This document shows, in pieces, positions 9,941-30,989 of a stretch of 64,000 nt of DNA. A model generated the notes under the pieces. That model saw nothing but the letters and a program-made list of their open reading frames with translations. It searched no databases and was not told the origin of the DNA. Both the position numbers and the translations under genes were made by a program. Location: assembly GCA_023266115.1 (NCBI GenBank), contig JAHFRU010000006.1:67496-131495 (forward strand). Reading direction: 5' to 3'. The stretch comes from Gammaproteobacteria bacterium (GTDB lineage Bacteria > Pseudomonadota > Gammaproteobacteria > VBWC01). Each line of letters opens with the position of its first letter. Position 1 is the first letter of the stretch.

Positions 9941-11130
9941 TCGGTATCACCATACTCGGTGCGACCGGATCGATCGGGGTCAGTACGCTGGATGTCGTGT
10001 CGCGCCATCGCGATCGCTACCGCGTGGTGGCGCTGACAGCGAACACCGAAGTGGATCGCCTGTATCAACAGTGCATGACTTGCCGGCCGCAGTATGCGGC
10101 GATGGCCGATGAGGCGTCAGCGCAGCGGTTGCGGCAGCGGCTGGACCAGGCGGGTGCGGCTGTCGAGGTGTTGTCGGGCGTTGACGGTCTCAAGCAGGTT
10201 GCGACGCTGGACAGCGCCGACTACGTGATGGCGGCGATCGTCGGTGCAGCGGGGTTATTGCCGACGCTGGCAGCGGCGCATGCGGGCAAGCGCATTTTGC
10301 TGGCCAACAAGGAAGCACTGGTGATGTCCGGCGCGATTTTCATGGACGGCGTGCGGCGTGGTAATGCCCGGTTATTTCCCATCGACAGCGAACACAACGC
10401 GATTTTCCAATGCATGCCGCCGGATTTCTCGCGGGGGCTGGCCGAAGTCGGCGTGCGCAGGATATTCCTGACGGCGTCCGGCGGGCCGTTCCGGACCAGG
10501 GCGATCGACACGCTGGATTCGGTGACGCCGGCGCAGGCATGTGCGCACCCTAACTGGGTCATGGGGCGCAAGATCTCCGTCGACTCCGCGACGATGATGA
10601 ATAAGGGTCTCGAAGTGATCGAGGCGTGCTGGCTGTTCGATACGATGCCGGAGAACGTTCAGGTGGTATTGCACCCGCAGAGCGTCGTGCATTCGCTGGT
10701 GGAGTACGCGGACGGTTCAGTGCTCGCGCAGCTTGGCAGTCCCGACATGCGTACGCCAATCGCCCACGCGCTGGCCTGGCCGGAACGAATTGCGTCGGGC
10801 GTGACCCCGCTGAATCTGTTCGATGTCGCCCGACTGGATTTTGAAGAACCCGACATGGCCCGCTTTCCTTGTCTCGGGCTCGCCTATCAGGCGATGGATC
10901 AGGGGGGCACGGCGACGGCGATATTGAATGCAGCCAACGAGGTGGCGGTGCAGGCATTTCTTGCCGGGAGCATCGCGTTCACATCGATTCCCGTCGTGAT
11001 CGAGCAAACCCTCGGTGCGGTCGGCGCGCGTTCGGTCGACAGTCTTGATGTCGTACTGGAGGACGATGCCGCGGCTCGCAGTCACGCGCTGTCACTTGTC
11101 CGCCGCGATAACGGCCGGATCGCGCTATGA
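9937..11130 (+). CDS. dxr: 1-deoxy-D-xylulose 5-phosphate reductoisomerase
   Basis: The start was moved to the GTG at 9937, which makes a GTGA overlap with the cdsA stop. The N-terminus then reads [21 protein letters not shown], aligning to E. coli Dxr LTILGSTGSIGCSTLDVV. The [17 protein letters not shown] and NKGLEVIEA motifs are present. Confidence 0.93.
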   Translation: MIGITILGATGSIGVSTLDVVSRHRDRYRVVALTANTEVDRLYQQCMTCRPQYAAMADEASAQRLRQRLDQAGAAVEVLSGVDGLKQVATLDSADYVMAAIVGAAGLLPTLAAAHAGKRILLANKEALVMSGAIFMDGVRRGNARLFPIDSEHNAIFQCMPPDFSRGLAEVGVRRIFLTASGGPFRTRAIDTLDSVTPAQACAHPNWVMGRKISVDSATMMNKGLEVIEACWLFDTMPENVQVVLHPQSVVHSLVEYADGSVLAQLGSPDMRTPIAHALAWPERIASGVTPLNLFDVARLDFEEPDMARFPCLGLAYQAMDQGGTATAILNAANEVAVQAFLAGSIAFTSIPVVIEQTLGAVGARSVDSLDVVLEDDAAARSHALSLVRRDNGRIAL

Positions 11131-12491
11131 ACGGGATATTTTCCTCCATATTTTTCTTCGTCGTCGCGATCGGGGTACTTGTGGTGATACACGAGTATGG
11201 CCATTTCCTGGTCGCGCGCATTTGCGGAGTGAAAGTACTGCGGTTCTCGATCGGGTTTGGCAAACCGCTGTGGCGCTGGAATGGCCGCCGCGACAACACG
11301 GAATATGTCATCGCCGCAATACCGCTGGGTGGCTACGTCAAGATGCTCGATGAACGGGAGAGTGCGGTGCCGGCGAACGAACAGGGGCGCGCCTTCAATC
11401 GCCAGCCGCTCTACCGTCGTTTCGCCATTGTCGCCGCCGGGCCATTGTTCAATTTCCTGCTTGCCGTGGCGATCTACTGGATAATCTTTATCGCCGGTGT
11501 TCCCGGGCTGAAACCGATCGTCGGCAAGGTGGATGCGGCGGGTATCGCCTACCAGGGCGGCTTCCGTGACGGCGATGAGATCGTTTCGATCGCGGGCAAA
11601 CTGACGCCGACGTGGGACGCGACGATCCTGGTGTTGCTGGACAAATTGCTGGATCACGAGGCCGTGACGGTGACGGTCCGAGATCAGGCCGGGCATGACA
11701 GGAGCCGGACCCTGCGGCTCGACACTGCGCCAGTGGATCTGGAACGAACTAACTTTTTGAGCACCATGGGGATGGAGTCGTTCCGGCCGGACATTCCGCC
11801 GCGCGTCGATCGTATCAACGAGGGTAGCGCAGCGGAACGCTCCGGGCTCAGCAGCGGCGACCTGATCATTTCTGCGGACGGAGTGCCCATCCATGACTGG
11901 CAGGCGTGGGTCGAGCTTGTCCGCGCAAAACCCGGTCAGCTGATGGTCATCGACGTCAAGCGCGCTGACGAGGTGCTCCAGCTGCAGATACGGCCTGATC
12001 CGGTGACCGAGAACGGCCACGACGTCGGTCGTATCGGCGCGACGGTGGCATTCCCCGAAGGACTATCCGACCGTCTGCGCGCCGAGGTGAAATATCCGTC
12101 GGCCGCCGCGCTGCGTGCGGCGATAGTGAAGACGTGGGACACGTCGGCGCTAACGCTGCAGTTGCTTGGCAGGATGATCGTCGGCGAAGTTTCGGTGACC
12201 AACATCAGCGGACCGATCAGTATCGCGCAGTACGCCAGTTTTTCCGCAAGCGCCGGACTTATCCCGTTTCTGGGCTTTCTGGCGATTATCAGTATCAGTC
12301 TCGCCGTGCTGAATCTGCTGCCGATCCCGATGCTGGATGGTGGACACCTGCTGTATTTCATCGTCGAAGCATTAAAGGGCAGCCCGGTTTCCGAGCAGAC
12401 GGAGCTGTTAGGGCAGCGTATCGGGATTGTGGCGATCGGTGTGCTGGTGTTTGTTGCGCTATATAACGATATTGCGCGGTTGATCAATTAG
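11127..12491 (+). CDS. rseP: Sigma-E regulated intramembrane zinc metalloprotease RseP (site-2 protease) with PDZ domains
   Basis: The first TM helix has HEYGHF (HExxH). The protein is 454 aa and lies between dxr and bamA. Confidence 0.93.
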   Translation: MNGIFSSIFFFVVAIGVLVVIHEYGHFLVARICGVKVLRFSIGFGKPLWRWNGRRDNTEYVIAAIPLGGYVKMLDERESAVPANEQGRAFNRQPLYRRFAIVAAGPLFNFLLAVAIYWIIFIAGVPGLKPIVGKVDAAGIAYQGGFRDGDEIVSIAGKLTPTWDATILVLLDKLLDHEAVTVTVRDQAGHDRSRTLRLDTAPVDLERTNFLSTMGMESFRPDIPPRVDRINEGSAAERSGLSSGDLIISADGVPIHDWQAWVELVRAKPGQLMVIDVKRADEVLQLQIRPDPVTENGHDVGRIGATVAFPEGLSDRLRAEVKYPSAAALRAAIVKTWDTSALTLQLLGRMIVGEVSVTNISGPISIAQYASFSASAGLIPFLGFLAIISISLAVLNLLPIPMLDGGHLLYFIVEALKGSPVSEQTELLGQRIGIVAIGVLVFVALYNDIARLIN

Positions 12492-12500
12492 CAGGGGCCT

Positions 12501-14801
12501 GTGAACGCGATATTTTGCATAACCCGGCGTGGATGGCTGGCGTATTTCCTGTCGATATTGTTCGTCGTATCGTCGGCGTTCGCGTTCGATTCGTTCACTA
12601 TTGAGAATATCCGCGTCACGGGATTGCAGCGCATTTCGGAAGGCGCGGTCTTCAATGAGCTGCCCTTCAATACCGGCGAATTGATGGACGAGCGTCGGTC
12701 GGCGGAGGCGATCCGTGCGCTGTTTCGCACCGGCTTCTTCAAGGATGTCAATCTGCAACGCGATGGTAACGTGCTGGTAATTGCCGTTACCGAGCGGCCG
12801 GCGATTTCCGAGATCACTTTTGCGGGAAATAAGGACATTACGTCCGATCAACTGAAAGAGGCGCTCGAGAAGATCGGTCTTGCCAAGGGTCGGGTCTTTA
12901 ACCCGTCGTCGCTGGACAAGGTCGAAGGGGAATTGCAGCGCCAGTATTTTAATCGTGGCAAGTACGGCGTAAGCATCAAATCGGAAATCAAGCCGCTCGA
13001 GCGCAACCGCGTCGACATTTCGATCAACATCGCAGAAGGCCAGGTAGCGAAGATACGCAGTATTACCATCGTCGGCAACACGGTTTTCGATGACGACACG
13101 CTGCTGGGCAGATTGGAGCTGAATACGCCGACGATGTTTTCGTTTATCAGCGGCAACGATCGCTATGACAAGCCGAAGCTGACGGCGGACCTCGAGACAC
13201 TGCGGTCGTATTATCTGGATCGCGGCTACATCAATTTCACGATCGACTCGACGCAGGTATCGATAACGCCGGACAAGAAGAATGTCTATATCACCATCAA
13301 CATTTCCGAAGGTGACCGGTTTTCCGTCAAGGAGGTCAAGCTCGACGGCGATCTGATTGTCCCGGAAGAAGAGCTTGCCCGCCTCATATCCCTGGCGCCC
13401 GGTGATATTTTTTCGCGCAAGTTGAGCAGCGAGAGTTCCAGCAAGATCAGCGAACGGCTCGGCGACGAGGGTTACGCGTTTACCAACATCAATACCATCC
13501 CGGACATCAATATGGGGACAAAAGAGGTCTCGCTGACATTTTTTGTCGATCCGGGACGGCGGATTTATGTGCGGCGCCTGGGTATTGTCGGCAACGAAAA
13601 GACGCAGGACGAGGTTCTGCGGCGCGAATTTCGCCAGATGGAAGGTGGCTGGATTTCGACCGAAAAGGTCAATCGCTCGCGTGTCCGTCTGCAGCGGCTT
13701 GGCTATTTCGAAGGGATTAATGTCGAGACACCGACTGTGCCGGGCGTCAACGATCAGGTCGATGTGAATTTCAGCGTCAAGGAGCGCCCCGCCGGAACGC
13801 TGACCGCCGGTATCGGTTATTCGGATGCGCAGGGTGTGCTGCTCAATGCCAGCGTCAGCCATAACAATTTTTTTGGTACCGGCAAGCGGGTATCGACCAC
13901 CATCAACAACAGCTCGGTCAATACTATATACAGCCTGGGCTACACGAATCCGTACTACACGCTGGACGGCGTCAGCCGCGGTTTTGAATTTTCGTCGCGT
14001 CAGACGAACGCTGGACAGGCGGATGTTGGCGACTACCTGTCGGACGTCATCGAGGGTAGTGTTAATTATGGCATCCCGATAAATGAACTCCAGACCGTCC
14101 GTCTTGGCATCGGGCTTGAAAGTACTGATCTCCGTACCACGGTCAATACGCCGCAGGCGTTTATCGACTTCCTCAATGCGAATGCGAGCAGCTTTGATAT
14201 AATCAAGGGCACGGCTTCGTGGTCATACGATTCGCGCAACAGTACGTTGCTCGCCACGAGCGGAACGCTGCAATCCGTGTCGCTGGACGTTGCGCTGCCG
14301 GGCAGCGGTTTGACGTATTACAAACTGAATTCGCGCACGCGATGGTTCACTCCGTTAACCCGGTCGCTGACATTGTTGTTTAAGGCGGACATAGGTTACG
14401 GTGACAGTTATAGTGATACGACGGCACTGCCGTTCTTTGAGAATTTTTACGCCGGTGGCAGTCAGAGTGTGCGCGGTTACCGGTCCAATTCGTTGGGTCC
14501 GCAGGAAAACGACAAGCGGTTGGGTGGCGCGTTCCGGACCGTCGGTGGCCTGGAGCTGATATTGCCCGCGCCGTTTGCGTCGGACGTGGAATCATTCCGG
14601 CTCAGCGCCTTTGTCGACGGTGGAAACGTTTTCGCGGACGTGAATGACTACGACTCGGGAGATCTGCGTTTTGCTGCCGGCGTTGCAGCGATCTGGCTGT
14701 CACCGATTGGACCATTGACATTTAGCCTCGCGCGGGCGCTAAATGAGAAACCGGGTGACCGGACCCAGAATTTCCAGTTTTCACTCGGAACTTTTTTCTG
14801 A
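12501..14801 (+). CDS. bamA: Outer membrane protein assembly factor BamA (POTRA domains plus Omp85 barrel)
   Basis: The GTG start is followed by a signal peptide. The 766-aa protein has a POTRA region and a C-terminal beta-barrel ending ...NFQFSLGTFF, an aromatic terminus. Confidence 0.95.
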   Translation: MNAIFCITRRGWLAYFLSILFVVSSAFAFDSFTIENIRVTGLQRISEGAVFNELPFNTGELMDERRSAEAIRALFRTGFFKDVNLQRDGNVLVIAVTERPAISEITFAGNKDITSDQLKEALEKIGLAKGRVFNPSSLDKVEGELQRQYFNRGKYGVSIKSEIKPLERNRVDISINIAEGQVAKIRSITIVGNTVFDDDTLLGRLELNTPTMFSFISGNDRYDKPKLTADLETLRSYYLDRGYINFTIDSTQVSITPDKKNVYITINISEGDRFSVKEVKLDGDLIVPEEELARLISLAPGDIFSRKLSSESSSKISERLGDEGYAFTNINTIPDINMGTKEVSLTFFVDPGRRIYVRRLGIVGNEKTQDEVLRREFRQMEGGWISTEKVNRSRVRLQRLGYFEGINVETPTVPGVNDQVDVNFSVKERPAGTLTAGIGYSDAQGVLLNASVSHNNFFGTGKRVSTTINNSSVNTIYSLGYTNPYYTLDGVSRGFEFSSRQTNAGQADVGDYLSDVIEGSVNYGIPINELQTVRLGIGLESTDLRTTVNTPQAFIDFLNANASSFDIIKGTASWSYDSRNSTLLATSGTLQSVSLDVALPGSGLTYYKLNSRTRWFTPLTRSLTLLFKADIGYGDSYSDTTALPFFENFYAGGSQSVRGYRSNSLGPQENDKRLGGAFRTVGGLELILPAPFASDVESFRLSAFVDGGNVFADVNDYDSGDLRFAAGVAAIWLSPIGPLTFSLARALNEKPGDRTQNFQFSLGTFF

Positions 14802-14835
14802 TTTTTTGGCATATCGAATAGAGAGGACGGAAGTT

Positions 14836-15384
14836 TTGCGAAGCCTTGATCGTTGTCTTTTGGTTGTGCTGACCGCCGCTGTTTTGTTGCCGGGACTGGC
14901 GCTCGCTGACATCAAAATCGGATTCATCAATCCGATAAAAGTACTCGAAATGGCCCCTCAGGCGGAGGCGGCCCGCAATGATCTTGAACGTGAATTCGCG
15001 CAGCGCAAGGAAGACCTTGAGGCGGAGGATGCGAGCATCAAGCGTGCGGAGGAGAAGCTTGGCCGCGATACGGCCATCATGAGCGAATCGGAGCGTCAGA
15101 AACTCGAGCGCGATGTGCTGTCTCGTAAACGGGATGTGCGGCGGGCGAAAGAGGAGTTTCGTGACGACCTGAATCTGCGGCGTAACGATGAGTTGGCGAA
15201 ACTGCAGAAAGAGGTTCTCAAAGTGATCAATGAACTAGCAAAGGAAAAGGGTTTTGATCTGATCGTCGGTGAGGGCGTTGTTTATGCCTCCGAAGCGATT
15301 GATATAAGCGAACAGGTTCTGCAACGTCTGCGGCAGTTGCCGGTACCGGCCAATACCAAGTCCAGCAAGAAGCCCGGTGAATGA
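14836..15384 (+). CDS. skp: Periplasmic chaperone Skp (OmpH)
   Basis: The ORF-track start at 14743 lies inside bamA. The likely start is an in-frame TTG near 14836 after RBS GAGAGGA. That gives signal peptide LRSLDRCLLVVLTAAVLLPGLALA|D followed by a coiled-coil-rich body. It sits in the bamA-skp-lpxD order. Confidence 0.85.
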   Translation: MRSLDRCLLVVLTAAVLLPGLALADIKIGFINPIKVLEMAPQAEAARNDLEREFAQRKEDLEAEDASIKRAEEKLGRDTAIMSESERQKLERDVLSRKRDVRRAKEEFRDDLNLRRNDELAKLQKEVLKVINELAKEKGFDLIVGEGVVYASEAIDISEQVLQRLRQLPVPANTKSSKKPGE

Positions 15385-15387
15385 CGG

Positions 15388-16401
15388 GTGGCATGGACGC
15401 TCGGAGAACTGGCCAGACGAATAGGTGGTGAGGTCGCCGGCGACCCGGACTGCGTGATAACCGGTATCGCCACATTGCAGAATGCCCGGCCCGGCGATAT
15501 CACGTTTCTTGCGAATTCCCGCTATCGAAAGTATCTCGCTACGAACGCGGCGTCGGCGACGATTGTGTCGCCCGGTGACCGGGAGGTCTGTCCGGCGAAT
15601 GCGTTAATCGTCAAGGATCCGTATGCCGGATATGCGCGTATTGCCACAATACTCAACCCGCTGCCGTCCTTCTCCGCCGGGATACACCCGACCGCCAGCG
15701 TCGCCAGTGGCTGCGATATTGATCAAACAGCATTTGTCGGGGCGAACGCCGTCGTTGAACCCGGTGTGGTCATCGGCCGGAACGCCTACGTCGGTCCCGG
15801 TTGCGTCGTGGGCCCTGACGCGACCATCGGTAACGATAGCCGCCTGCTTGCCAACGTGACGGTGTGTAGCCGGGTGAGAATCGGTGAGCGTGCGTTGATA
15901 CACCCCGGCGTTGTGCTCGGCAGTGACGGATTCGGGCTGGCCAACGACAACGGCGTATGGATCAAGGTGCCGCAGCTCGGTGGAGTCAGTATCGGGGACG
16001 ATGTCGAGATCGGTGCGAATACCACCGTTGACCGGGGCGCGATTGAAGATACCGTGCTCGAGGACGGCGTAAAGCTGGATAACCAGATTCAGATTGGCCA
16101 CAATGTTAGTGTTGGCGCCCATACCGCAATCGCGGGATGTGTCGGTATTGCCGGTAGCACGAAGATAGGGCGGCGCTGTACCATAGGCGGCGGTGCCGGT
16201 ATTTCCGGGCATCTGGATATTGTCGATGATGTTCATATTACCGGGATGACATTTGTGTTGAAGTCGATCACCGCGCCCGGAGTCTACTCGTCGGGGATGC
16301 CGGCGGAACCCAATATGGTATGGCGGAAAAATATGGCACGTTTGCGTCATCTGGATGATTTAGCGCGTCGTGTTGGTGGTGTGAAGGCGCAGGAAGAATG
16401 A
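15388..16401 (+). CDS. lpxD: UDP-3-O-(3-hydroxyacyl)glucosamine N-acyltransferase
   Basis: The protein has left-handed beta-helix hexapeptide repeats. Its N-terminus [26 protein letters not shown] aligns to LpxD. Confidence 0.93.
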   Translation: MAWTLGELARRIGGEVAGDPDCVITGIATLQNARPGDITFLANSRYRKYLATNAASATIVSPGDREVCPANALIVKDPYAGYARIATILNPLPSFSAGIHPTASVASGCDIDQTAFVGANAVVEPGVVIGRNAYVGPGCVVGPDATIGNDSRLLANVTVCSRVRIGERALIHPGVVLGSDGFGLANDNGVWIKVPQLGGVSIGDDVEIGANTTVDRGAIEDTVLEDGVKLDNQIQIGHNVSVGAHTAIAGCVGIAGSTKIGRRCTIGGGAGISGHLDIVDDVHITGMTFVLKSITAPGVYSSGMPAEPNMVWRKNMARLRHLDDLARRVGGVKAQEE

Positions 16402-16496
16402 AGAATGACGAACCGGCGAACTCTGCCGGACCGTTGCCGCCGATACAGCGATCGTCCGGGGTGGTTTCTCGAAAAGATGATAATCAAGTGATAAAA

Positions 16497-16937
16497 ATGA
16501 ACATTAATGAAGTATTGCAGCATCTGCCGCACCGCTACCCGTTTCTGTTGATCGACAGGGTCCTGGAGTGTGTGCCCGGCGAATCGCTGACGGCGCTGAA
16601 GAACGTTACATTCAACGAGCCCTATTTTCTGGGTCATTTTCCGATAAAGCCCGTCATGCCTGGCGTACTTGTGCTTGAAGCGCTGGCACAGGCCACCGGC
16701 ATACTGGCATTCAAATCGACGAATTCGCGTCCCGATGACAAGTCTCTTTATTACCTGGTTGGTATAGACAACGCGCGCTTCAAGCAACCGGTCGAGCCCG
16801 GCGATCAGTTGATTCTGAAAGTCGACGTGACGCGGACGTTGCGCGGCGTCTGGCGGTTTAACGGCGTCGCCACAGTGGATGGCAAGGTGGTCAGCACGGC
16901 GGAGCTCATGTGCGTCGAAAAGGAAGTGGAGCCTTGA
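16497..16937 (+). CDS. fabZ: 3-hydroxyacyl-[ACP] dehydratase FabZ
   Basis: The start was moved from 16398 to internal Met-34. The resulting 146-aa protein [24 protein letters not shown]...[19 protein letters not shown] aligns to E. coli FabZ over its length. Confidence 0.9.
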   Translation: MNINEVLQHLPHRYPFLLIDRVLECVPGESLTALKNVTFNEPYFLGHFPIKPVMPGVLVLEALAQATGILAFKSTNSRPDDKSLYYLVGIDNARFKQPVEPGDQLILKVDVTRTLRGVWRFNGVATVDGKVVSTAELMCVEKEVEP

Positions 16938-17704
16938 TCGATACGCGTGCGATCGTTGATCCCGGCGCGCGACTAGCCAAAGGTGTTACGGTTGGGCCGT
17001 TCTCGATAATCGGACCGGCGGTGGAGATCGGCGCGGGGACGTGGGTCGGCCCGCACGTCATTATCAACGGTCCGACCCGCATCGGCCGCGACAACCGTAT
17101 ATTCCAGTTTGCATCGATCGGTGAAGCGCCGCAGGACAAGAAGTTCGCCGGGGAAGACACGCGGCTTGAAATCGGCGATCGCAATACCTTCCGCGAGTCA
17201 TGCACGGTCCACCGTGGCACCGTGCAGGGCGGCGGGGTGACGCGTATCGGTAACGACAACTGGATCATGGCCTACGTGCATATCGCGCACGACTGCATCG
17301 TCGGCAATAACGTGATTTTTGCCAACGCCGCATCGCTCGCCGGACATGTCACGGTGGACGACTACGCGATACTGGGCGGATTTACGTTGGTACATCAGTT
17401 CTGCGTGATCGGCGCGCACGGTTTTACGGCGATGGGCAGCGTGATACCGAAGGACGTGCCGCCGTATCTGATGGTATCGGGGCACATGGCGCGGCCCTAC
17501 GGCCTGAACGTCGAAGGACTGAAACGGCGCGGCTTCAGCGCGGCCGCGCTCTCGGGTCTGCGTCGCGCCTACAAGATTCTCTACAAGTCCGGATTGACGA
17601 TCGATCAGGCGCGTGAGCAGCTCGCAGCGATGACGGCCGAGTTCCCGGAGGTCAATCTGTTCGTTGAATTTCTCGCCCGTTCGACCCGTGGCATTGTGAG
17701 ATAG
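16934..17704 (+). CDS. lpxA: Acyl-[ACP]--UDP-N-acetylglucosamine O-acyltransferase
   Basis: A TTG start at 16934 overlaps the fabZ stop (TTGA), with RBS AAGGAAGTGGAG upstream. It gives [18 protein letters not shown]..., matching E. coli LpxA MIDKSAFVHPTAIVEEGA. The C-terminus [10 protein letters not shown] is conserved. Confidence 0.92.
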   Translation: MIDTRAIVDPGARLAKGVTVGPFSIIGPAVEIGAGTWVGPHVIINGPTRIGRDNRIFQFASIGEAPQDKKFAGEDTRLEIGDRNTFRESCTVHRGTVQGGGVTRIGNDNWIMAYVHIAHDCIVGNNVIFANAASLAGHVTVDDYAILGGFTLVHQFCVIGAHGFTAMGSVIPKDVPPYLMVSGHMARPYGLNVEGLKRRGFSAAALSGLRRAYKILYKSGLTIDQAREQLAAMTAEFPEVNLFVEFLARSTRGIVR

Positions 17705-17761
17705 CGATGCGGTCGTGCTCCGTCGGGTTTCCGGCGTGCCAAATCCGGTGGTCGTGATCAC

Positions 17762-18901
17762 GTGTTGCGTATCGGCGTCGTAGCCGGTGAGGCATCGGGG
17801 GATCAGCTCGGCGCCGGCTTGATTCGCGCGATTCACGCGCGGCACCCCGATGCCGTGTTCGAAGGCGTGGCCGGGCCGCAGATGGCGGCCGCCGGTTGCA
17901 ATGTGATCGTGCCGGCGGAAAGGCTTGCGGTGATGGGGCTGGTCGAGGTGCTGAAACATTATCGCGAGCTGCGCGCGATCCGCGCCCGGCTGGCACGGCA
18001 CTTTCTGGTAAATCCTCCGGACGTATTCATCGGTATCGATGCGCCTGATTTCAATCTGGGCCTGGAGCAGCGTCTCCGGCGGAGCGGTATCCGAACCGTT
18101 CATTACGTCAGCCCGTCGGTGTGGGCGTGGCGGCAGTCGCGTGTCAAAAAGATCGCCCGGGCGGCGGATCTGATGCTGACGTTGTTTCCGTTCGAGGCCG
18201 AATTCTACCGCCGCTCGGATGTCAACGTCTGCTTCGTCGGCCACCCGCTGGCGGATACGATTCCGCTGGTCATCGATCGTGCAGCCGCCCGCGAGAAATT
18301 GCAGTTACCCGGACAGAAAACGATTATTGCGCTGTTGCCGGGCAGCCGGCTGTCGGAAGTGAATCAGTTGGCACCGCTGTTTATCGACGCGGCGGCCCGC
18401 TGTCTGGAGAAGTGCCCGCAATTGCATTTTGTGGCCCCGTTAATTAATCGCGCAGTGCGTGAGCGGTTTGAGCAGCTGCTGGCTGGCGCCGGCAGTAATC
18501 TGCCAATCACGCTTTGCGATGGCCGTGCTCACGAGGTGATGGCGGCAGCGGACATGGTGCTGGTGGCCAGCGGTACGGCGACGCTGGAGGCCATGCTGTT
18601 AAAGCGGCCGATGGTCGTGGCCTATCGTCTTGCGCCGCTGACCCATTTTTTGTTGAAGCGCATGGTCAGGATCGGGCGGTTTGCCTTGCCGAATCTGCTG
18701 GCGGGCACGGAGCTGGTGCCGGAGTTTATTCAGGAACGTGCGACCGCCGCTAATCTCGCCGGCGCTTTGCTTGATTATCTGGATAACCCGGGCCAGGTGA
18801 GCGAGCTCGGGAAGACGTTCGAGCAGTGGCATATCACCCTGCGCCAGGGGGCGAGCGATAAGGCGGCCACCGCTATTCTGGCGTTGCTCGACAATCAATA
18901 A
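17762..18901 (+). CDS. lpxB: Lipid-A-disaccharide synthase
   Basis: The motifs [39 protein letters not shown] and LPNLLAG are GT19 motifs. Confidence 0.95.
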   Translation: MLRIGVVAGEASGDQLGAGLIRAIHARHPDAVFEGVAGPQMAAAGCNVIVPAERLAVMGLVEVLKHYRELRAIRARLARHFLVNPPDVFIGIDAPDFNLGLEQRLRRSGIRTVHYVSPSVWAWRQSRVKKIARAADLMLTLFPFEAEFYRRSDVNVCFVGHPLADTIPLVIDRAAAREKLQLPGQKTIIALLPGSRLSEVNQLAPLFIDAAARCLEKCPQLHFVAPLINRAVRERFEQLLAGAGSNLPITLCDGRAHEVMAAADMVLVASGTATLEAMLLKRPMVVAYRLAPLTHFLLKRMVRIGRFALPNLLAGTELVPEFIQERATAANLAGALLDYLDNPGQVSELGKTFEQWHITLRQGASDKAATAILALLDNQ

Positions 18902-18922
18902 ATAATTTATATATAAACAACA

Positions 18923-19531
18923 ATGACCGAAGTCCATCGTGATCTGTTAGCAGGCGATACCATGCTCATCGCCGGGGTCGACGAAGCTGGCAGGGGGCCG
19001 CTGGCCGGGCCGGTGGTCGCGGCCGCCGTGATACTCGCTCCGGAATATCTTATCGCCGGATTGGACGATTCGAAGAAGTTGTCGCCACTGCGGCGCGAGA
19101 GGCTGGCGGAACAGATACGCAGCCATGCGCTGTGTTATGCCATCGGCCGCGCCGACGTCGGCGAGATCGACGATATGAACATCCTGCAGGCGACCTTGCT
19201 GGCGATGGCCCGGGCGGTGAACGGCCTGGCGATCGCGCCTTATAAAATACTGGTTGACGGTACGCACTGCCCCCGCGTCGCCTGCGTGGCCGAGGCGATC
19301 ATCCGTGGCGATGCGCTGGTACCGGCGATATCGGCCGCGTCGATACTCGCCAAGGTGGAGCGCGATCGGGAGATGGTGGAGCTGGATCGGCAATATCCCG
19401 GTTATGGCTTCGCCGCGCACAAGGGATATCCGACGCGGGACCATGTCGAACGACTCCATGCACTCGGGGTGTCGCCCATACATAGACGTTCATTTTCTCC
19501 TGTTAGTCATATGATTAAGGTTAATAGTTAA
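18923..19531 (+). CDS. rnhB: Ribonuclease HII
   Basis: The motifs [16 protein letters not shown] and DSKKLS are present, and the C-terminal HRRSF is conserved. The last ~60 nt and the downstream spacer are unusually AT-rich. Confidence 0.95.
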   Translation: MTEVHRDLLAGDTMLIAGVDEAGRGPLAGPVVAAAVILAPEYLIAGLDDSKKLSPLRRERLAEQIRSHALCYAIGRADVGEIDDMNILQATLLAMARAVNGLAIAPYKILVDGTHCPRVACVAEAIIRGDALVPAISAASILAKVERDREMVELDRQYPGYGFAAHKGYPTRDHVERLHALGVSPIHRRSFSPVSHMIKVNS

Positions 19532-19627
19532 TTACATTCATTTGATCGTTTCGGTGCGGTTTGCCGGCGCCGGAAGGCGGTTGCTCCGGCCCTTGCAAGT
19601 CCATATCTGAAACTCGACACTAGGCGT

Positions 19628-23119
<3,492 letters not shown>

Positions 23120-23139
23120 CCGCCGCAAAACAAAACGAT

Positions 23140-23167
23140 TTATCCGCAGCGGCGATCACCCTATAAT
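23140..23167 (+). promoter_or_regulatory. Putative sigma-70 promoter for accA (-35 TTATCC, 16-nt spacer, perfect -10 TATAAT)
   Basis: Seen in the dnaE-accA spacer about 40 nt upstream of the accA ATG. The -35 element is weak. Confidence 0.3.
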
Positions 23168-23203
23168 GCCACGCATTAGAACCTGGACGGATTTCACGGT
23201 AGC

Positions 23204-24163
23204 ATGAATCACAACTTTCTGGATTTTGAGCAGCCCATTGCCGAACTCGAGGCCAAGATCGAGGAGCTGCGTTACGTCGTCGGTAACGATGACGGCATCA
23301 ATATCAACGAAGAAATCGAACGTCTGGCGAGCAAAAGCAGGACGCTGACCGAATCGATCTTTGCGTCGCTCTCGGCCTGGCAAATCTCACAGGTCGCGCG
23401 CCACCCGCAACGACCGTACACGCCGGACTACGTGGCGCGCATGTTTACCGGTTTCGAGGAGCTGCACGGCGACCGCACCTACGCGGATGATGCCGCCATT
23501 ATCGGTGGTATCGCGCGCCTCGACAGCCGTCCGGTGATGATCATCGGTCATCACAAGGGGCGCAGCACCAAGGAGAAGATCCAGCGCAACTTCGGCATGC
23601 CGCGGCCGGAAGGCTATCGCAAGGCGCTGCGTCTGATGCAGATGGCCGAACAGTTCGGCCTGCCATTATTTACCTTTATTGATACGCCGGGCGCCTATCC
23701 CGGGGTGGGCGCCGAGGAGCGCGGCCAGAGCGAGGCCATCGCGCGCAACCTGATGGTGATGTCCGGACTCAAGACGCCGGTGATCTGTACCGTCATTGGC
23801 GAAGGCGGTTCGGGCGGTGCGCTGGCGATCGGTGTCGGCGATCAGGTATTGATGCTCGAATACAGTGTCTATTCGGTTATCTCGCCCGAGGGTTGCGCGG
23901 CGATTCTGTGGAAGGATGCGGCCAAGGCGCCGGAAGCGGCGGAAGCCATGGGCATCACCGCGCAGCGCTTGCTGGATTTGAGGCTGATTGATCAGGTCAT
24001 ACCGGAGCCACTGGGCGGTGTGCACCGCGACATCGATACAATGGCCGCGCGCCTGAAGGCGGCGCTAAAAGATAACCTCGACATGCTCGATGAATATTCG
24101 CTGGACCAGCTGCTGGCGCGTCGGCACGAACGATTGTTACGTCACAACTACTCCAGAGGCTGA
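23204..24163 (+). CDS. accA: Acetyl-CoA carboxylase carboxyltransferase subunit alpha
   Basis: The sequence [22 protein letters not shown]...[26 protein letters not shown] is nearly identical in motifs to E. coli AccA. Confidence 0.96.
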   Translation: MNHNFLDFEQPIAELEAKIEELRYVVGNDDGININEEIERLASKSRTLTESIFASLSAWQISQVARHPQRPYTPDYVARMFTGFEELHGDRTYADDAAIIGGIARLDSRPVMIIGHHKGRSTKEKIQRNFGMPRPEGYRKALRLMQMAEQFGLPLFTFIDTPGAYPGVGAEERGQSEAIARNLMVMSGLKTPVICTVIGEGGSGGALAIGVGDQVLMLEYSVYSVISPEGCAAILWKDAAKAPEAAEAMGITAQRLLDLRLIDQVIPEPLGGVHRDIDTMAARLKAALKDNLDMLDEYSLDQLLARRHERLLRHNYSRG

Positions 24164-24165
24164 AC

Positions 24166-28054
<3,889 letters not shown>

Positions 28055-28128
28055 CGCTCGCGTCTTCCGACAGGCGCCGGCATGGCGGCGATAGTTTGGT
28101 AATGATTGCAGAAACAGTGGTGTAGTGA

Positions 28129-29424
<1,296 letters not shown>

Positions 29425-29464
29425 TACGCCGGTTCGGTTCGGCGCCGCCGCATGGTCGGCGAAC

Positions 29465-29743
29465 ATGAGTACAACAATCCTGATGGTGGTACTGCTATTG
29501 GTGATTCTGCTGCTGCAGTACAAGTTGTGGGTCGGTGCCGGCAGTATCGCCGAGGTCTGGCGGTTGCAGGATGCAATCGAAACGCAGCAGCTGGAAAATA
29601 AAGGTCTGCGTGATCGTAACCAGGCGCTGCACGCCGAAGTGCGCGACCTCAAGAGCGGTACCGAAGCGATCGAGGAGCGTGCCCGTAACGATCTGGGCAT
29701 GATAAAAAAGGACGAGACGTTCTATCACATCGTTGATGAATGA
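29465..29743 (+). CDS. ftsB: Cell division protein FtsB
   Basis: The ORF-track start at 29246 lies inside eno. From internal Met-74 it gives a 92-aa bitopic protein, MSTTILMVVLLLVILLLQYKLWVGAGSI...ETFYHIV, which aligns to E. coli FtsB. Confidence 0.85.
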   Translation: MSTTILMVVLLLVILLLQYKLWVGAGSIAEVWRLQDAIETQQLENKGLRDRNQALHAEVRDLKSGTEAIEERARNDLGMIKKDETFYHIVDE

Positions 29744-29823
29744 GCGTTCTATTGCTTTTCCAATGCATAAAAATTAGTTAGTTATAGCGGTTATCCGGCG
29801 GATCGGTTGAGGTATGGCTGGCG

Positions 29824-30519
29824 ATGAATATCTGGGCGGTAGTGCCCGCTGCCGGGACCGGCAGGCGCATGCAGGCCGATATCCCGAAACAGTATCTGCT
29901 TCTCGACGGCCGGTGCGTGATCGAACACGCGCTGGCGGTTATCTGTGAGCATCCGCGTATTACCGGTGTCGTGGTTGCCATCGCCAGTGACGACCGCTGG
30001 TGGCCCACACTGACGCTGGATTTCAGGACGCCGCCGAAAGCGGTAGACGGCGGTCCGGAGCGGCGCCATTCGGTGCTCAATGGTTTGCAGGCGCTCTATG
30101 CTGCGGCTCCCGATGACTGGGTGCTGGTACACGATGCGGCCCGACCGTGCGTGATGCGTAGTGATGTTGACCGCCTGATCGATACGCTGCAGGATCACCC
30201 GATCGGCGGCCTGCTGGGCGTGCCGGTAGCCGATACCGTGAAGCGTACCGACATGCACGGGAACGTGGTTGAGACTGTCGATCGGGCGGGTTTATGGCGG
30301 GCGATGACGCCACAGATGTTTCGCGTCGGGATGCTCACGCAGGCGTTGGCTGCGGCAATCGGGCGTGGTGATCCGGTAACAGATGAGGCGGCTGCGGTGG
30401 AGCAGATGGGGTACAGGCCGGTCATGATCGAAGGACGCGCCGACAACATCAAGATTACCCGTCAGCAGGACTTGGCGCTGGCGGCACTGTATTTGAAACA
30501 ACAACAGGTGCGCCTATGA
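29824..30519 (+). CDS. ispD: 2-C-methyl-D-erythritol 4-phosphate cytidylyltransferase
   Basis: The glycine-rich CTP-binding N-terminus [16 protein letters not shown] and the ...VHDAARPC motif match IspD. Confidence 0.95.
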   Translation: MNIWAVVPAAGTGRRMQADIPKQYLLLDGRCVIEHALAVICEHPRITGVVVAIASDDRWWPTLTLDFRTPPKAVDGGPERRHSVLNGLQALYAAAPDDWVLVHDAARPCVMRSDVDRLIDTLQDHPIGGLLGVPVADTVKRTDMHGNVVETVDRAGLWRAMTPQMFRVGMLTQALAAAIGRGDPVTDEAAAVEQMGYRPVMIEGRADNIKITRQQDLALAALYLKQQQVRL

Positions 30520-30989
30520 GAATCGGCCATGGTTTCGATGCGCACCGGCTTGAGGCGGGTCAGCGACTGGTGCTGGGCGGTGTTAATATCCCCTGCGACA
30601 AGGGACTGGTAGCGCATTCCGACGGCGATGTGCTGATTCACGCTTTGTGCGACGCGCTGCTCGGTGCCGCCGGTCTCGGTGACATCGGTCGGCATTTTCC
30701 GCCGGGCGATGCCTCGTACCGGGGTATCGATAGCCGCATTCTGTTGCGACGTGTCGTGACAATGCTCAATGAGCAGTCGCTGACGATATCGAACATCGAT
30801 ATCACGGTCGTTGCCGAGGCGCCGAAGCTCGCAACGCATATTCCGGCTATCAAAGCGATACTCGCCGAGGACCTTGGTGTGGAACCGGATCGTATCAACG
30901 TCAAGGCGACGACCACCGAGGGCATGGGTTATACCGGCCGCGGCGAAGGTATCGCTGCGCATGCCGTTACATTGCTCGATGAATATTGA
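30516..30989 (+). CDS. ispF: 2-C-methyl-D-erythritol 2,4-cyclodiphosphate synthase
   Basis: The sequence [12 protein letters not shown]...[18 protein letters not shown] matches IspF. It shows a 4-nt overlap with ispD. Confidence 0.96.
   Translation: MRIGHGFDAHRLEAGQRLVLGGVNIPCDKGLVAHSDGDVLIHALCDALLGAAGLGDIGRHFPPGDASYRGIDSRILLRRVVTMLNEQSLTISNIDITVVAEAPKLATHIPAIKAILAEDLGVEPDRINVKATTTEGMGYTGRGEGIAAHAVTLLDEY

Noticed and set aside
14743-14835. The extended skp start overlapping the last 59 nt of bamA.
   Set aside because: The encoded N-terminus (MRNRVTGPRISSFHSELF...) is not signal-peptide-like. A TTG with an RBS just downstream yields a canonical signal peptide.
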